From a virus (Duplodnaviria; Caudoviricetes), in the IMG/VR virus record IMGVR_UViG_3300037484_000096, positions 1 through 25,313 of that record: a stretch of 25,313 nt of DNA; one strand, written 5' to 3'. Shown here in pieces: positions 9,260 through 18,553 of this stretch (position 1 is the first letter of the stretch; the number at the start of each line of letters is the position of its first letter). Both the position numbers and the translations under genes were made by a program. Below the pieces are notes generated by a model. That model had not been told where the DNA came from and ran no database searches. It saw only the letters and a program-made list of their open reading frames with translations.

Positions 9260-9676
9260 TTATAGATGTGACATAATTAAATCAGAGCATCTTAAAGTCC
9301 ATTCAACGCCTGATTCTTCGTCTGCATATTCGATATCCGGTTCAGTCCCAATCCAAGCGGCTGTACTGACTGCCATGTGCTTTGAATCGCTGTTGTTTTT
9401 AACAAGTATCGGGAATGTAGCCGGAGACAATTTAAGAACATCCAGTACCTTATTTGACGGTGATGTTTTCTTTAACGTAAAAGTCACCGTACCAGATATG
9501 TTATTGTTCTTTGTCCTGCCTACTTCACCGTGTGCGCCCACGTGTACCTTGTAAAGTTCTGGATCCTCACGCGCACACGTGATAAATGTCCCATCGTAAA
9601 AACCTGATATGTTTAATCCTGAAACGATCAATGCTACCTCTGCCGGATTATAACTCCCAATCAAATCGCCTGCCAT
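9260..9676 (-). CDS. Tail tube protein (DUF3277-like)
   Basis: SYNPAEVALIVSG..ISGF.DGTFI, VGAHGEV, SGTVTFTLKKTSPSN; directly after the sheath; RBS AGGAGG. Confidence 0.88.
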   Translation of the reverse strand: MAGDLIGSYNPAEVALIVSGLNISGFYDGTFITCAREDPELYKVHVGAHGEVGRTKNNNISGTVTFTLKKTSPSNKVLDVLKLSPATFPILVKNNSDSKHMAVSTAAWIGTEPDIEYADEESGVEWTLRCSDLIMSHL

Positions 9677-9696
9677 ATTAAGCCTCCTATTTTAAA

Positions 9697-10722
9697 TTAT
9701 ACGGTAATATACCCCTGTATTGTTACGTGATGAATCGCCCCTGCCGTTACATAGCTAAACTCAACACCTGTTAAATTTCTATTCGCTCTGTCGTTAGCAG
9801 AAATATCAGCCCTATCCGGTACTGTAACTTTATACAGATATATTTTATCGTCTGATTCTGCTTTTTCCGCGTCTGTAACCGCTGCTGCTATTATACTATT
9901 ATCACCTGCTCTTTTAAGAACATCTCTAATAACGCCTTCGACCTGTGCGATTCCTCTGTTGTCCATTGGTATTTTGTCATTCCGTAAGAACAACCCAAGC
10001 AATCCGACTGTAAGCTGATCTTTAATCCAGTCCCTGCCAAGTATGATGTCTATGTACTCACCGCTTGTACATTTGCCTTCATTTACAAACGTGACCCCAG
10101 CCTGTTCCTGTATTGCCTGACCGTTTCCAGTTCTTATTGCGTTAAGTTCAGTGAGTGTCCATGTTGACGCATTCTGTCCGCTCAATGTTTTCCATTTCCC
10201 GGTAATCGATCCTGGTACTTTAGCCAGCATTCTGCTTGCCCATGCGCATTCCGGATAATCTTCAGCTTCAGTGTGTATGATGTATGCTTCCCGGTCGACG
10301 TTCCTGCCTGACAAGTCTGCTACCGCATCACCGCCACCAAAGAAAAACTTTTCATTTCCATTAGCCCAGTCACCTGCTAAAGCAAGATCAGCCGCATCTC
10401 TTGACTCTATCGTAACACCGTAGAAGTCATTGTAAGTCTCAATCAATGCTGTTAATGCTGTATTGTAAGGCGTTGCGTCTGCTTTTCTGAATACTGCTAT
10501 GTCAGAAACATGCGGAGACTGCGCAAACATCGCAGAAGCCATTAAATATTCTTCGTCTGTTGACAAATAACCTGCTGATGTGAGGTCTGTAAGTTTAGAC
10601 GCTATCGTAACCCCTGTGGCCGCCGTTCCTGCTGAACCTAATATCAACGGCCTGAAGTTCTGCTCTGCAAGACCTATCGTACCTGCTGTTATGTTAATCG
10701 AAATATCATTTATGAAAGACAT
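9697..10722 (-). CDS. Contractile tail sheath protein (DUF3383-like, compact)
   Basis: MFAQSPH, PGSITGKWKTLSG, EGKCTSGEYIDIILGRDW, KIPMDNRGI, AGAIHHVTIQG; RBS GGAGG. Confidence 0.9.
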   Translation of the reverse strand: MSFINDISINITAGTIGLAEQNFRPLILGSAGTAATGVTIASKLTDLTSAGYLSTDEEYLMASAMFAQSPHVSDIAVFRKADATPYNTALTALIETYNDFYGVTIESRDAADLALAGDWANGNEKFFFGGGDAVADLSGRNVDREAYIIHTEAEDYPECAWASRMLAKVPGSITGKWKTLSGQNASTWTLTELNAIRTGNGQAIQEQAGVTFVNEGKCTSGEYIDIILGRDWIKDQLTVGLLGLFLRNDKIPMDNRGIAQVEGVIRDVLKRAGDNSIIAAAVTDAEKAESDDKIYLYKVTVPDRADISANDRANRNLTGVEFSYVTAGAIHHVTIQGYITV

Positions 10723-10723
10723 T

Positions 10724-11254
10724 TTATGCCTCCTCTATTATAATCGTACTCTCTACGACCTCGTCGACTGTAGGCACTATTTCAATTTTGCCTATGTCTT
10801 CGATTGCGTCTGTATGAGTACCGTAATAATCTAATCGTATATCGAAACCTAAACGATTTTCAAAATAAGTGTCTAAAAATAAAGTCCTGTCTTCAATCTG
10901 CCCGCCCAGAACATTTACTGCTATATTCAAACTTCTTGATACCGACCTGCAAGCATCTGATTTAAACCATTGCCTTGCCAGTGTCGCGCGCGCCCACAAA
11001 TCCTGTATGTCCTGACTGATACATGTTAAGCTCAATACCTGCTTTGACTGTTCGTATCGCTCAACACCCTGATAATCGTCATGGTCAAAAGTTAGTATAT
11101 CCTGATGCGCTCCCTCCTCCTGACTTGATATGACTTTCCATGACAAATACGGATACGCTGGTTTGTGACCCCCCTGATCTGCCATTGACAGATTAAGTCC
11201 TGATGCAACTCCTACTCCGCTTATTACTGCGTTAATCCTGCTCGCCGGAATCAT
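10724..11254 (-). CDS. Tail terminator / neck protein
   Basis: Immediately upstream of the sheath; ADQGGHKPAYPYLSW and ENRLGFDIRL. Confidence 0.7.
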   Translation of the reverse strand: MIPASRINAVISGVGVASGLNLSMADQGGHKPAYPYLSWKVISSQEEGAHQDILTFDHDDYQGVERYEQSKQVLSLTCISQDIQDLWARATLARQWFKSDACRSVSRSLNIAVNVLGGQIEDRTLFLDTYFENRLGFDIRLDYYGTHTDAIEDIGKIEIVPTVDEVVESTIIIEEA

Positions 11255-11579
11255 CTATCTTCTTTCCTATGTACGTAGAAAATGTACCTTCAAAATTTCT
11301 GTCACTTACCTGATCTGTTAAATACTTCTGACTTTCAAAATTTATAATAGACTTCAACGGTATTGACGCGCTTCCGATCTCGTAAAACTTCCTGTCCTGC
11401 ATCGTGTATCCGCCCTCGCCTGAATTCTGAATGTCCTTAAAAGTCACCGGGAAAACTGCCAGCCTCTTTGCTACTCCCGAACCATAACTCGTTGTCAATA
11501 TTCCTGAACCGTTGTAAGTCTCACTTTCAAATATATTGACTGTCGTATCTCTTAAAAATTCACTTATAACGTCTATCAT
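11232..11579 (-). CDS. Head closure / head-tail joining protein
   Basis: 115 aa in the neck block; FPVTFKDIQNSGEGGYT.QDRKFY. Confidence 0.65.
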   Translation of the reverse strand: MIDVISEFLRDTTVNIFESETYNGSGILTTSYGSGVAKRLAVFPVTFKDIQNSGEGGYTMQDRKFYEIGSASIPLKSIINFESQKYLTDQVSDRNFEGTFSTYIGKKIDDSGEQD

Positions 11580-12064
11580 ACTATTTTATGACTTATCCCT
11601 TGTGCTAATGCCCCAGTATTTATCAACGTCTTATTTTTACCGCCTTTCTGTTCTGTTGTAAATGGATGATTCGCAGGCGGTATATTCGATCTTATTTTCT
11701 GATGTATCGCTCCGATCATATATAGTCCGATCTTATCCAAAATATTTTTAACGTTTGAATCCTGACTAAAAACCTGCTCTGCTATGTTTACAACTTTGTT
11801 AATATTTTTTCTTAAATCAAAAGCTGTCCTGAAAAATGATCTCTCCGGTATGATAATATATTTTGTTGTCTTTTTAAGATGAAGCCCTAAAGCATTTAAA
11901 TAGTTTCTCATCTTCTCGCTTACTGGAATTTTAGCCCCATACTCATTTGCTCGTGCTGCTATTGCTAATTCAGCATTTCCCAGTATTCCCACATGAACTT
12001 CCAGTCTTGACATTTCTTTAATTTTCCTTTTAAGTTCAGGAAATTTATTATTGTCTACAAGCAT
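11576..12064 (-). CDS. Neck / tail-completion protein
   Basis: VHVGI, IAARANEYGA, IIIPERSFFR, PPANHPFT..QKG..KTLINTGAL..GI motifs. Confidence 0.75.
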   Translation of the reverse strand: MLVDNNKFPELKRKIKEMSRLEVHVGILGNAELAIAARANEYGAKIPVSEKMRNYLNALGLHLKKTTKYIIIPERSFFRTAFDLRKNINKVVNIAEQVFSQDSNVKNILDKIGLYMIGAIHQKIRSNIPPANHPFTTEQKGGKNKTLINTGALAQGISHKIV

Positions 12065-12399
12065 CTGTCACATAACCCGTCAATCTGTAACCGTATTTTG
12101 TTAAACTCAACTTCCCAGTTTGTCGCATTAAACCTGTTGTAATTATCAAGTCCACCGTAAGTCTTTGACACATCAGCAACGCTTAACGATTTAATATTTG
12201 AGTTTGCTATATTAGCCATTCCCATTAAATGACACGCTTTATATCTCTGTAATTCCGAAAACCTTAAATGACTTGTTGCATATCCTGCCGCTTCAACATA
12301 ATTCTTAGCATCTGCTAAGTGCTGATTCAATACGTCATCCGACACATTAACTAATGCCGGATGAGTATTCCTCAATTCTATTAAGGTGGTTTCTGCCAT
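12055..12399 (-). CDS. Head-tail adaptor (DUF4054-like)
   Basis: First gene after the major capsid; HPALVNVSDD, RYKACHL, SLSVADVSKTY. Confidence 0.7.
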   Translation of the reverse strand: MAETTLIELRNTHPALVNVSDDVLNQHLADAKNYVEAAGYATSHLRFSELQRYKACHLMGMANIANSNIKSLSVADVSKTYGGLDNYNRFNATNWEVEFNKIRLQIDGLCDRCL

Positions 12400-12401
12400 G
12401 A

Positions 12402-13349
12402 TTAAATTCGATAACCGATGTACACGGCACTCGGATGCCTAAGCATGATACCGCCTGTTTTCAACATTACCGCTTGTTCCATTGTTCCAACGATGTCATA
12501 AACTGGTTCGCCGAGTTCAATGTCAAACAAAAGCGCAAGTTGAACAATCTCAGGATCGTTATCAAGTATCATAAAGTAATTATAACTTGATGTATCTCCG
12601 TTATAAGTACTCAACATCTGGTTTGTAACAACGATCTGCTGAAAAAACATACCTTCAGAATTCAGCCATGTTAAAAGTGTCCTTGAATCTCCGGTATCGC
12701 TGAAAGGTTTTCTCAACCTGTTGTAATGTTGAGGAGAAAGAACAAGAGTTTTCGCTTTAAAAAGTCCTTTTTCTTCGACTTTATTCATCCCTGTTTCAAG
12801 GTCTGTTAAAATTTCTCTTGCTGTTTTCTGTGACCATAGATAACCGCCTGTACCTGTTGCGACTGATTCCTTAGTTCCCAGGTTCGTACCATAAAAAGAA
12901 CTATCAAAAATTCCTTTTATACCGTACTCGGTATCTCCTGTAAAAGCAATCTTAGCTTCTGTTTCATTGATAAAACGTCTTGCTGATGCAACTCTAAGAG
13001 TATCAAGCTGTATTGCCGGGCCTTTGCCTAATGCCCTTTTTGCCTGAGTAGCTTCTTGCTCTGCTTTGGAATAACGAATACCGCTTACAACTGTGTAAGC
13101 TTTCTGCGTTACTCTTCCGCCTTTCTCACCGACAAACGGAATATCTTTTGCACTTCCGCCTTTAGCAAGAATCTTTGCAGAACCTTCCCGCTGATAGTAA
13201 TCGTATCCTATTTCTTCTGCGTATCTGGCATAAGTAGAATTCACGCTAAATATTTTTCTATGTGCCAGTTCTTCTTCCTTTACAGTATAGAGTGTATTCT
13301 CTATCTGAAGGAAATCATCATTTGTAAATAATCCTGTTTCAAATGGCAT
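12402..13349 (-). CDS. Major capsid protein (DUF2184-type, HK97 fold)
   Basis: 315 aa after protease/scaffold and decoration genes. GSAKI....AKDIPFV, IAFTGDTEYGIKGIF, W..KT..EI..DL, KTGGIMLRHPSAVY; strong RBS AGGAGG. Confidence 0.9.
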   Translation of the reverse strand: MPFETGLFTNDDFLQIENTLYTVKEEELAHRKIFSVNSTYARYAEEIGYDYYQREGSAKILAKGGSAKDIPFVGEKGGRVTQKAYTVVSGIRYSKAEQEATQAKRALGKGPAIQLDTLRVASARRFINETEAKIAFTGDTEYGIKGIFDSSFYGTNLGTKESVATGTGGYLWSQKTAREILTDLETGMNKVEEKGLFKAKTLVLSPQHYNRLRKPFSDTGDSRTLLTWLNSEGMFFQQIVVTNQMLSTYNGDTSSYNYFMILDNDPEIVQLALLFDIELGEPVYDIVGTMEQAVMLKTGGIMLRHPSAVYIGYRI

Positions 13350-13368
13350 AATTTAGTCCTCCTGTATT

Positions 13369-13860
13369 TTAAGTATCCGCTGTTATTGTGAAAGGCGGTG
13401 ATAAGAATAATTTCGCTGTAGTTCCACTTACTGCGTCGCTTCTCCATTCCGCTCCCGTAAGTAATACGGAATTATTAGCTGATGCTGTAGTTCTAAAAGC
13501 CCCTGGGATACCGCTTGTATGCCTTACACGTACCGCATCGCCCACATTAACAGCTTCTTCGCAATATACCCATATAACGCCCTGATCCATTACAGCCACT
13601 TGATCATAAGCCTGATAATCGCTATTATCCAGGTCACTTGCTTCTGTTGACTGAACAGCAACACCCCTGAATTTACCTGAAGCAGATGAATAAACTTTTA
13701 CCTGCTTTTCGGCGTCTGTACCGTCCATAACCGCATAACCGAATCCGATGTCATTGCCTTCAGCAGCATAGCTTCGGATATTTGTCATCGGATTATGTTC
13801 AGCAACTTTTCCTCTGCTAAGTACTTTAGCCTGAAACATTCCTTCAACTGGTATAGGCAT
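13369..13860 (-). CDS. Capsid decoration / cement protein
   Basis: IGFGYAV, FRGVAV, VAVMDQGVIWV, VNVGDAVRVR, GAF; lies between scaffold and capsid. Confidence 0.8.
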   Translation of the reverse strand: MPIPVEGMFQAKVLSRGKVAEHNPMTNIRSYAAEGNDIGFGYAVMDGTDAEKQVKVYSSASGKFRGVAVQSTEASDLDNSDYQAYDQVAVMDQGVIWVYCEEAVNVGDAVRVRHTSGIPGAFRTTASANNSVLLTGAEWRSDAVSGTTAKLFLSPPFTITADT

Positions 13861-13862
13861 TT

Positions 13863-15179
13863 TTAAGCCTCCTTCTTGTTATACATATTTAATCGGGTTT
13901 CTTTGTTCTTTGCAATTTCATTTGCATCGACCTTAACAGAAACCGTCTGTTTTGTCTGAGTTTCGTTTGCTCTGACTTTTAACAATTCACTGGCAGCATC
14001 GAATCTCGCATTGATAATATCATCCGATAAAGTGTCAAAAGAAGTACCCTCTTTGAAAGGCAGCCCCTTTGCAATTACCTGAAGTTTAATTTCTTTGTTT
14101 GAAAGACCATCGACTTTTATGTCAGCGGACTTTGCAAATTCCATAAGCTTGATCTTTTCTGCGGATTCCGAAGCGACTCTTTCCGGTATGGACTTATCAA
14201 GTTCATCATATTTCTTTTTCCATTCTTTAACTGAGTCCTGAGATGTTTCCAGTTCACCTGACAGTTTCTTTACTTCGTCCGACTTACCGGAGTCTGTTTT
14301 TAACTGTTCAATCTTTTTATTCAGTTCGTCTTTATCGGCTTTTAAAGTTTCAATTTCCTTGTTCTTTTCTTTAACATCAGTTCTTATTGTTATAAGTTCA
14401 GAAAAAATTTCAGGAGATACTTGAATATCTTCTTTACCGTCAAAACGCCTGTAATTTAATGTTTCTGAAGTTTTACCTTCTACGATCCATTTTGGCATAT
14501 TTTGCCTCCTGTCTATGTGTATTTTAATTGACTCACCAGCACGCCCGTGTTTTACCATAGCCGCGTGGTTAATCATTATATTCTTTTGCCTGATGTTGTA
14601 TTGGTCTTTGCCATAAAATCCATTCTCAGGTTCAAGTTGCGATACAAAACCGATGCTGACTTCATTCTGTTCTTTATCCATAATCCGCTTGATTAAGTCT
14701 GCATCGTATATTAAAACATCCCCGACTATCTCGTTATTCTCAATCCGAGGATTCGATATATTCCCTTTGATAAACTTCTGATAATTATTTGAATCCACAA
14801 GTACCGATTCTCCGTTCTCTTCAGGATGGTCATCTGTAATCGGTATTCCTGCCTTGATAGAATCAACTGTAAATGCCGAAAACAAGTCTTCAGGCAGCTT
14901 TGCTTCATTCCTGAACGCACCGTCTACGAAATAAGGAAACACACCCGGACGCGCTATGGAAATTTTAGCTTTGAGGAATCCGTTTTCAAGCTGTACGGCT
15001 TTGAGTTCTGCTCTATCACTTCTTATCATTGAATCTGTTTTCTTTTCTTTCCATTGTGTATAGCAAACTCCAGCCCGCTGTTCATTATCTGAATATTCCT
15101 TGTTCATAATATCATCACTCATACAACGGGAAATAAATTCCTTTTGCGATTCATTATCTTTAGGTTTTGGTAATGGCAT
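13863..15179 (-). CDS. DUF2213-type prohead protease/scaffold with an extra N-terminal helical domain
   Basis: NGFLKAKISIARPGVFPY, GIPITDDHP, EVSIGF, QKNIMINHAAMVKHGRAG; coiled-coil C-terminus. N-terminal ~47 aa MPLPKPKDNESQKEFISRCM...QRAGVCYTQW. RBS AGGTGA. Confidence 0.88.
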   Translation of the reverse strand: MPLPKPKDNESQKEFISRCMSDDIMNKEYSDNEQRAGVCYTQWKEKKTDSMIRSDRAELKAVQLENGFLKAKISIARPGVFPYFVDGAFRNEAKLPEDLFSAFTVDSIKAGIPITDDHPEENGESVLVDSNNYQKFIKGNISNPRIENNEIVGDVLIYDADLIKRIMDKEQNEVSIGFVSQLEPENGFYGKDQYNIRQKNIMINHAAMVKHGRAGESIKIHIDRRQNMPKWIVEGKTSETLNYRRFDGKEDIQVSPEIFSELITIRTDVKEKNKEIETLKADKDELNKKIEQLKTDSGKSDEVKKLSGELETSQDSVKEWKKKYDELDKSIPERVASESAEKIKLMEFAKSADIKVDGLSNKEIKLQVIAKGLPFKEGTSFDTLSDDIINARFDAASELLKVRANETQTKQTVSVKVDANEIAKNKETRLNMYNKKEA

Positions 15180-15200
15180 TATATCACCTTAATTCTGAAC

Positions 15201-15233
15201 AATAAAAAAGCCCGTGCATTTCTGCACGGGCTT
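15201..15233 (-). terminator. Rho-independent terminator
   Basis: Minus strand reads AAGCCCGTGCA-GAAA-TGCACGGGCTT then TTTTATT: a perfect 11-bp stem (15208-15218 / 15223-15233), GNRA tetraloop and U-tract. Confidence 0.85.
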
Positions 15234-15265
15234 CCGATAATCTATAAAGGATCGAAAAAATCCGG

Positions 15266-15406
15266 TTATAATTCTATGTTATCTTTTCTTACTTTTTTTA
15301 TTCCCTGAATACCACCTTGATTCAGATGAATTTCAATATCTCCTGTGAATTTTTCGTCTTTTAATCTCTTAAAAAACTCAACTAATTTATCTAATATATT
15401 AAGCAT
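15266..15406 (-). CDS. 46-aa small protein, DUF2292/YezD-like (not in the ORF track)
   Basis: Hand translation MLNILDKLVEFFKRLKDEKFTGDIEIHLNQGGIQGIKKVRKDNIEL*. The FTG.IEIH..QG.I pattern recalls DUF2292. It fills the intergenic gap but has no clear SD. Confidence 0.6.
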   Translation of the reverse strand: MLNILDKLVEFFKRLKDEKFTGDIEIHLNQGGIQGIKKVRKDNIEL

Positions 15407-15416
15407 TATTTGTCAA
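15388..15416 (-). promoter_or_regulatory. Possible sigma70-type promoter
   Basis: Perfect TTGACA (15416-15411) after an AT-rich tract. The hexamer at 17-nt spacing (TAGATA) is only a partial -10 match. Confidence 0.25.
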
Positions 15417-15429
15417 TAATAATTTTTAA

Positions 15430-16137
15430 TTAAAATACTTCAGGATCATTTTTATGTAATTCACACTCGTTTATTACGTCTTGTTCGGTAATATTATGAT
15501 GCTGTATTGTCAAACCATGTTCAAGGTTATATCTGCTCTGCCTTAACATCCGATTTTTAACCCTGCGATCAACACAAAAACAAGTATCAGCATTTGCCCA
15601 GTGCGCTCCGATTATTCCTGCATCAATGACATTTGTTCCTGTTAATGTATGATTCCCGACTCCCCAAGATATATTTAAATTAGCTTTGACGATAATAGGC
15701 TTTATATAAATATTCTGTAATATTCCATGTCTGCGCTGTTCTTTTACCGATAAATCAATATTTAAACTTTGTTCTGTTACATGCCTATAAACATTATAAA
15801 GACTTACCGATAACGCATTGACATTAAAGTTTTCCAGCTCATTCCTGTCCGTGAATACGAATTCATCTGCATCGATATTTAATATTCTTGTATCTTCTTT
15901 AAAATTACCATAGCATGAATTTATAAAATCAACTTTCTCTTGATCATTCATCATGTTTTTAAAATGATATGGAATTATTCTGACTTTCGGATTGCTTTTT
16001 AATAATTCAATTGTCTTATCGGTACTATCAACATCATAAATTATGTTCAATCTATCACAGAAATCATAATGCTTAAAATAGAATGGTAAAAGATACTCCT
16101 CATTATAAACGAAGGTTAATGTTTCAATATTTTTCAT
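15430..16137 (-). CDS. GT-A (GT2-like) glycosyltransferase
   Basis: TFVYNEEYLLPFYFKHY, IIYDVDSTDKT, DxD motif in NIDADEF, WGVGNH. Confidence 0.85.
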   Translation of the reverse strand: MKNIETLTFVYNEEYLLPFYFKHYDFCDRLNIIYDVDSTDKTIELLKSNPKVRIIPYHFKNMMNDQEKVDFINSCYGNFKEDTRILNIDADEFVFTDRNELENFNVNALSVSLYNVYRHVTEQSLNIDLSVKEQRRHGILQNIYIKPIIVKANLNISWGVGNHTLTGTNVIDAGIIGAHWANADTCFCVDRRVKNRMLRQSRYNLEHGLTIQHHNITEQDVINECELHKNDPEVF

Positions 16138-16993
16138 ATTTGCTCCAGTCTATTGTTGTAAATTCGTCTTTCTCTAACATCTGCTCATCTTTATATTTTC
16201 CAGGATGCCAATTCGGTACGGCTTTTTTAATATCATCAAGAGTAATTTCCCTGACAAATAATTCACAATCACCAAGCGGTAAATTACGTTCTCGTAATAT
16301 CTGCATTACAGATACACTCATCTTTTGTTTTTTATCTGACATTAACTGAAGCTCTATAGGGATGCACATCCCGCAATATTCACAAAGTTCTCTCTGGTAG
16401 CCAAATTCAGACGGTTCTTTATCCCACCATCTCGATTTTATTTCCCATCCAGGAACATTAAGAATCTGTGCTATTGCAGCCCCTACCTCGCAGAAATAAC
16501 CGCCTTTGTTAGTTATTGTTCCGCACCATCTGCGCTCGCACCAACAATCATTTATTAAATCATTTTTTAGTTTTTCGTTTTTAATAACGTCTTTAATTGC
16601 AATAGTCAAAGGCTGATGATAATGACTGGCTTCTTGTTCTTTTGTGTGCGGATGATAGGCAACTATTCCAAAAGTCTTTTCTATATCTTCTTTAAACTTA
16701 TTTTTTGCCGGATCGATACTTGTAAACAATACGCATTGATTACGTAGAAAATGTTTTCTTGTTATATCACAATACTTATTAAAATCAGGTAATATAAGTG
16801 GCTCGCCACCTATTATTCCGATAGGATTTATAAACCCTTTATAACTTATTAAGGCCTTCTCAAAGTAGTCTAAATCTATAATATAAGAAATAGGCTGTAC
16901 ATGACGATCATACCGGGTACAATAAGTACAATTACGATTACACTTATTTGTTATATCAATTAACGAACACCAGTGTTTTTTTGGATTTATCAT
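16124..16993 (-). CDS. Radical SAM enzyme with C-terminal Cys-rich (twitch/SPASM-like) region
   Basis: IDITNKCNRNCTYC (CxxxCxxC), GGEPL, CWCERRWC...YFCE and CEYCGMC. Confidence 0.9.
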   Translation of the reverse strand: MINPKKHWCSLIDITNKCNRNCTYCTRYDRHVQPISYIIDLDYFEKALISYKGFINPIGIIGGEPLILPDFNKYCDITRKHFLRNQCVLFTSIDPAKNKFKEDIEKTFGIVAYHPHTKEQEASHYHQPLTIAIKDVIKNEKLKNDLINDCWCERRWCGTITNKGGYFCEVGAAIAQILNVPGWEIKSRWWDKEPSEFGYQRELCEYCGMCIPIELQLMSDKKQKMSVSVMQILRERNLPLGDCELFVREITLDDIKKAVPNWHPGKYKDEQMLEKDEFTTIDWSKYEKY

Positions 16994-17769
16994 AATTCTA
17001 AACTGCTCCTATAATCGATTAAACACATTTCTGTCGGTCTATTGCAGCCCTTACAAGGCATATATATTCTTTCACCTTGCTTTAAATCTTCGATCATATT
17101 AAGTCTTGCCGGATTCATGAGTATATCATCAACTTTGTCTTTATAAACATTTCCGAAAATCTCTGTTTGTTTCCAGTCATCAAAACAAGGAATAACGTTT
17201 CCATTACAACAAATCATAAAATATTGTATTGGCATATAGCAGGGTTCTGAGCAACTCATTTGCCTGTCATATATCTTTATTCTTTCATCGTGTCCCAGCC
17301 AGCCGGAATATGTTCTATCGTCAACTTCCATGTAATTCTTTATTCCTTGTTGACGTAACATCTCTATGATCTCGACAAGCCTTGCAAATTCCATTCTTGA
17401 ATATGCGGACATTCTTAATATTCCCAGTCCTGATTCAAATAAACGCTTTGCGGTTTCAACATTCATTCCGATTCCGTTCGTATACATCTGTACCATACAT
17501 TTCGGCATGAGTTCTTTAACAAGAGAGATCAAATAATATATTCTTTTGTCGAGCATCGGTTCATTATAATTCGAGAAATAAACCGATCCATTAAAATCAG
17601 GGAATTGTTTCATACCGTCTATTATCACTTCTGTTGTCAATTCCTGATACGGTTCATCCTTTAGCACTGAACGCGGACACCACTCATGCGCGCGCGTGTA
17701 TTGGCACTGGTTATTAAGTTCAAATTCCAGATACTTAATATTACGTTTCTCTTTATCTAAAGTAGTCAC
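16990..17769 (-). CDS. Radical SAM/SPASM-domain protein with atypical cluster motif
   Basis: EFELNNQCQYTRAHEWCPR, YNEPMLD, MYTNG, SPASM-like CYMP...NGNVIPCFDDW...FGNV...PCKGC. Confidence 0.8.
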   Translation of the reverse strand: MTTLDKEKRNIKYLEFELNNQCQYTRAHEWCPRSVLKDEPYQELTTEVIIDGMKQFPDFNGSVYFSNYNEPMLDKRIYYLISLVKELMPKCMVQMYTNGIGMNVETAKRLFESGLGILRMSAYSRMEFARLVEIIEMLRQQGIKNYMEVDDRTYSGWLGHDERIKIYDRQMSCSEPCYMPIQYFMICCNGNVIPCFDDWKQTEIFGNVYKDKVDDILMNPARLNMIEDLKQGERIYMPCKGCNRPTEMCLIDYRSSLEL

Positions 17770-18553
17770 TAAACCTCACCTTATTTTTTATTATGTATTC
17801 CGGCAATTCTGAATCGGGTATTGTTTCATAAACGCAGCCTTCCCGGCCAAGCGGATCAATGAGTTTTTCTTTATTCTCTTTTACTTTTTCTGCTGTTAAT
17901 CCCTGAAAGCTATATTCTCCCCAGTGAGATATTGCTTTTAATTTATCGAATATTCTTTCAGGCGTTCCCAGATTGCTAAAATGCCATCCTGTATTCTCAA
18001 TGACATTAACTGGATTTTCGATCTGATATTGTCTTAATTCGTATATGTTTTTGAAATTTTTTAACGCCCATGCTGGCAAAATCTTTGCCATGTGAAATTT
18101 ATTTTTAAAGCATGAATTTAAATGATAGTCTTCATGCTCTACAGTCATTTCTTTAAGCCTGACATTAAAATAATAAAAACATAAATCCATTTGCAGCGAC
18201 CAGATGTTCCCGATGAATCCTTTAAATATTAGACCGTTTTTTATTATCTCATCACAATCTGAATAAAGGATTATATCATTGTCATCGAAGTTGAATCCCT
18301 TAATTATATTTCTTTGCAGATGTTCATATTTCCAGTTATCATTCCCATTAAAAGGAAAATCTAATTTAATATGATAAATGTCAAAGTATTTATACGCTTC
18401 TTTAACGTGATCAAAATAACACGGTTTTGGATTGCCTGTATATGTCTTTGTCGATTCTATTATTATGAATTTATCAACGAATTGAGAATGATGATTTAAT
18501 CGTATATCAAGCAAATCAAGTTCATCATTAAAATGAAACACATCATAGATCAT
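17753..18553 (-). CDS. GT17-like glycosyltransferase (beta-1,4-GlcNAc transferase family)
   Basis: IYDVFHFNDELDLLDIRLN, VDKFIIIES..TYTGNPKP, EHLQRN, SDCDEI, GWHFS..G....I..KL.A.SH. Confidence 0.88.
   Translation of the reverse strand: MIYDVFHFNDELDLLDIRLNHHSQFVDKFIIIESTKTYTGNPKPCYFDHVKEAYKYFDIYHIKLDFPFNGNDNWKYEHLQRNIIKGFNFDDNDIILYSDCDEIIKNGLIFKGFIGNIWSLQMDLCFYYFNVRLKEMTVEHEDYHLNSCFKNKFHMAKILPAWALKNFKNIYELRQYQIENPVNVIENTGWHFSNLGTPERIFDKLKAISHWGEYSFQGLTAEKVKENKEKLIDPLGREGCVYETIPDSELPEYIIKNKVRFSDYFR

Noticed and set aside
606-11254. Tailocin / extracellular contractile injection system
   Set aside because: A full head module (capsid, protease, MuF, adaptor) is contiguous with the tail genes, so this is a phage.
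8404-14920. Alternate-frame minus-strand ORFs 8404..8592 and 14726..14920
   Set aside because: Fully nested in the tape measure and DUF2213 genes, with no motifs or other support.
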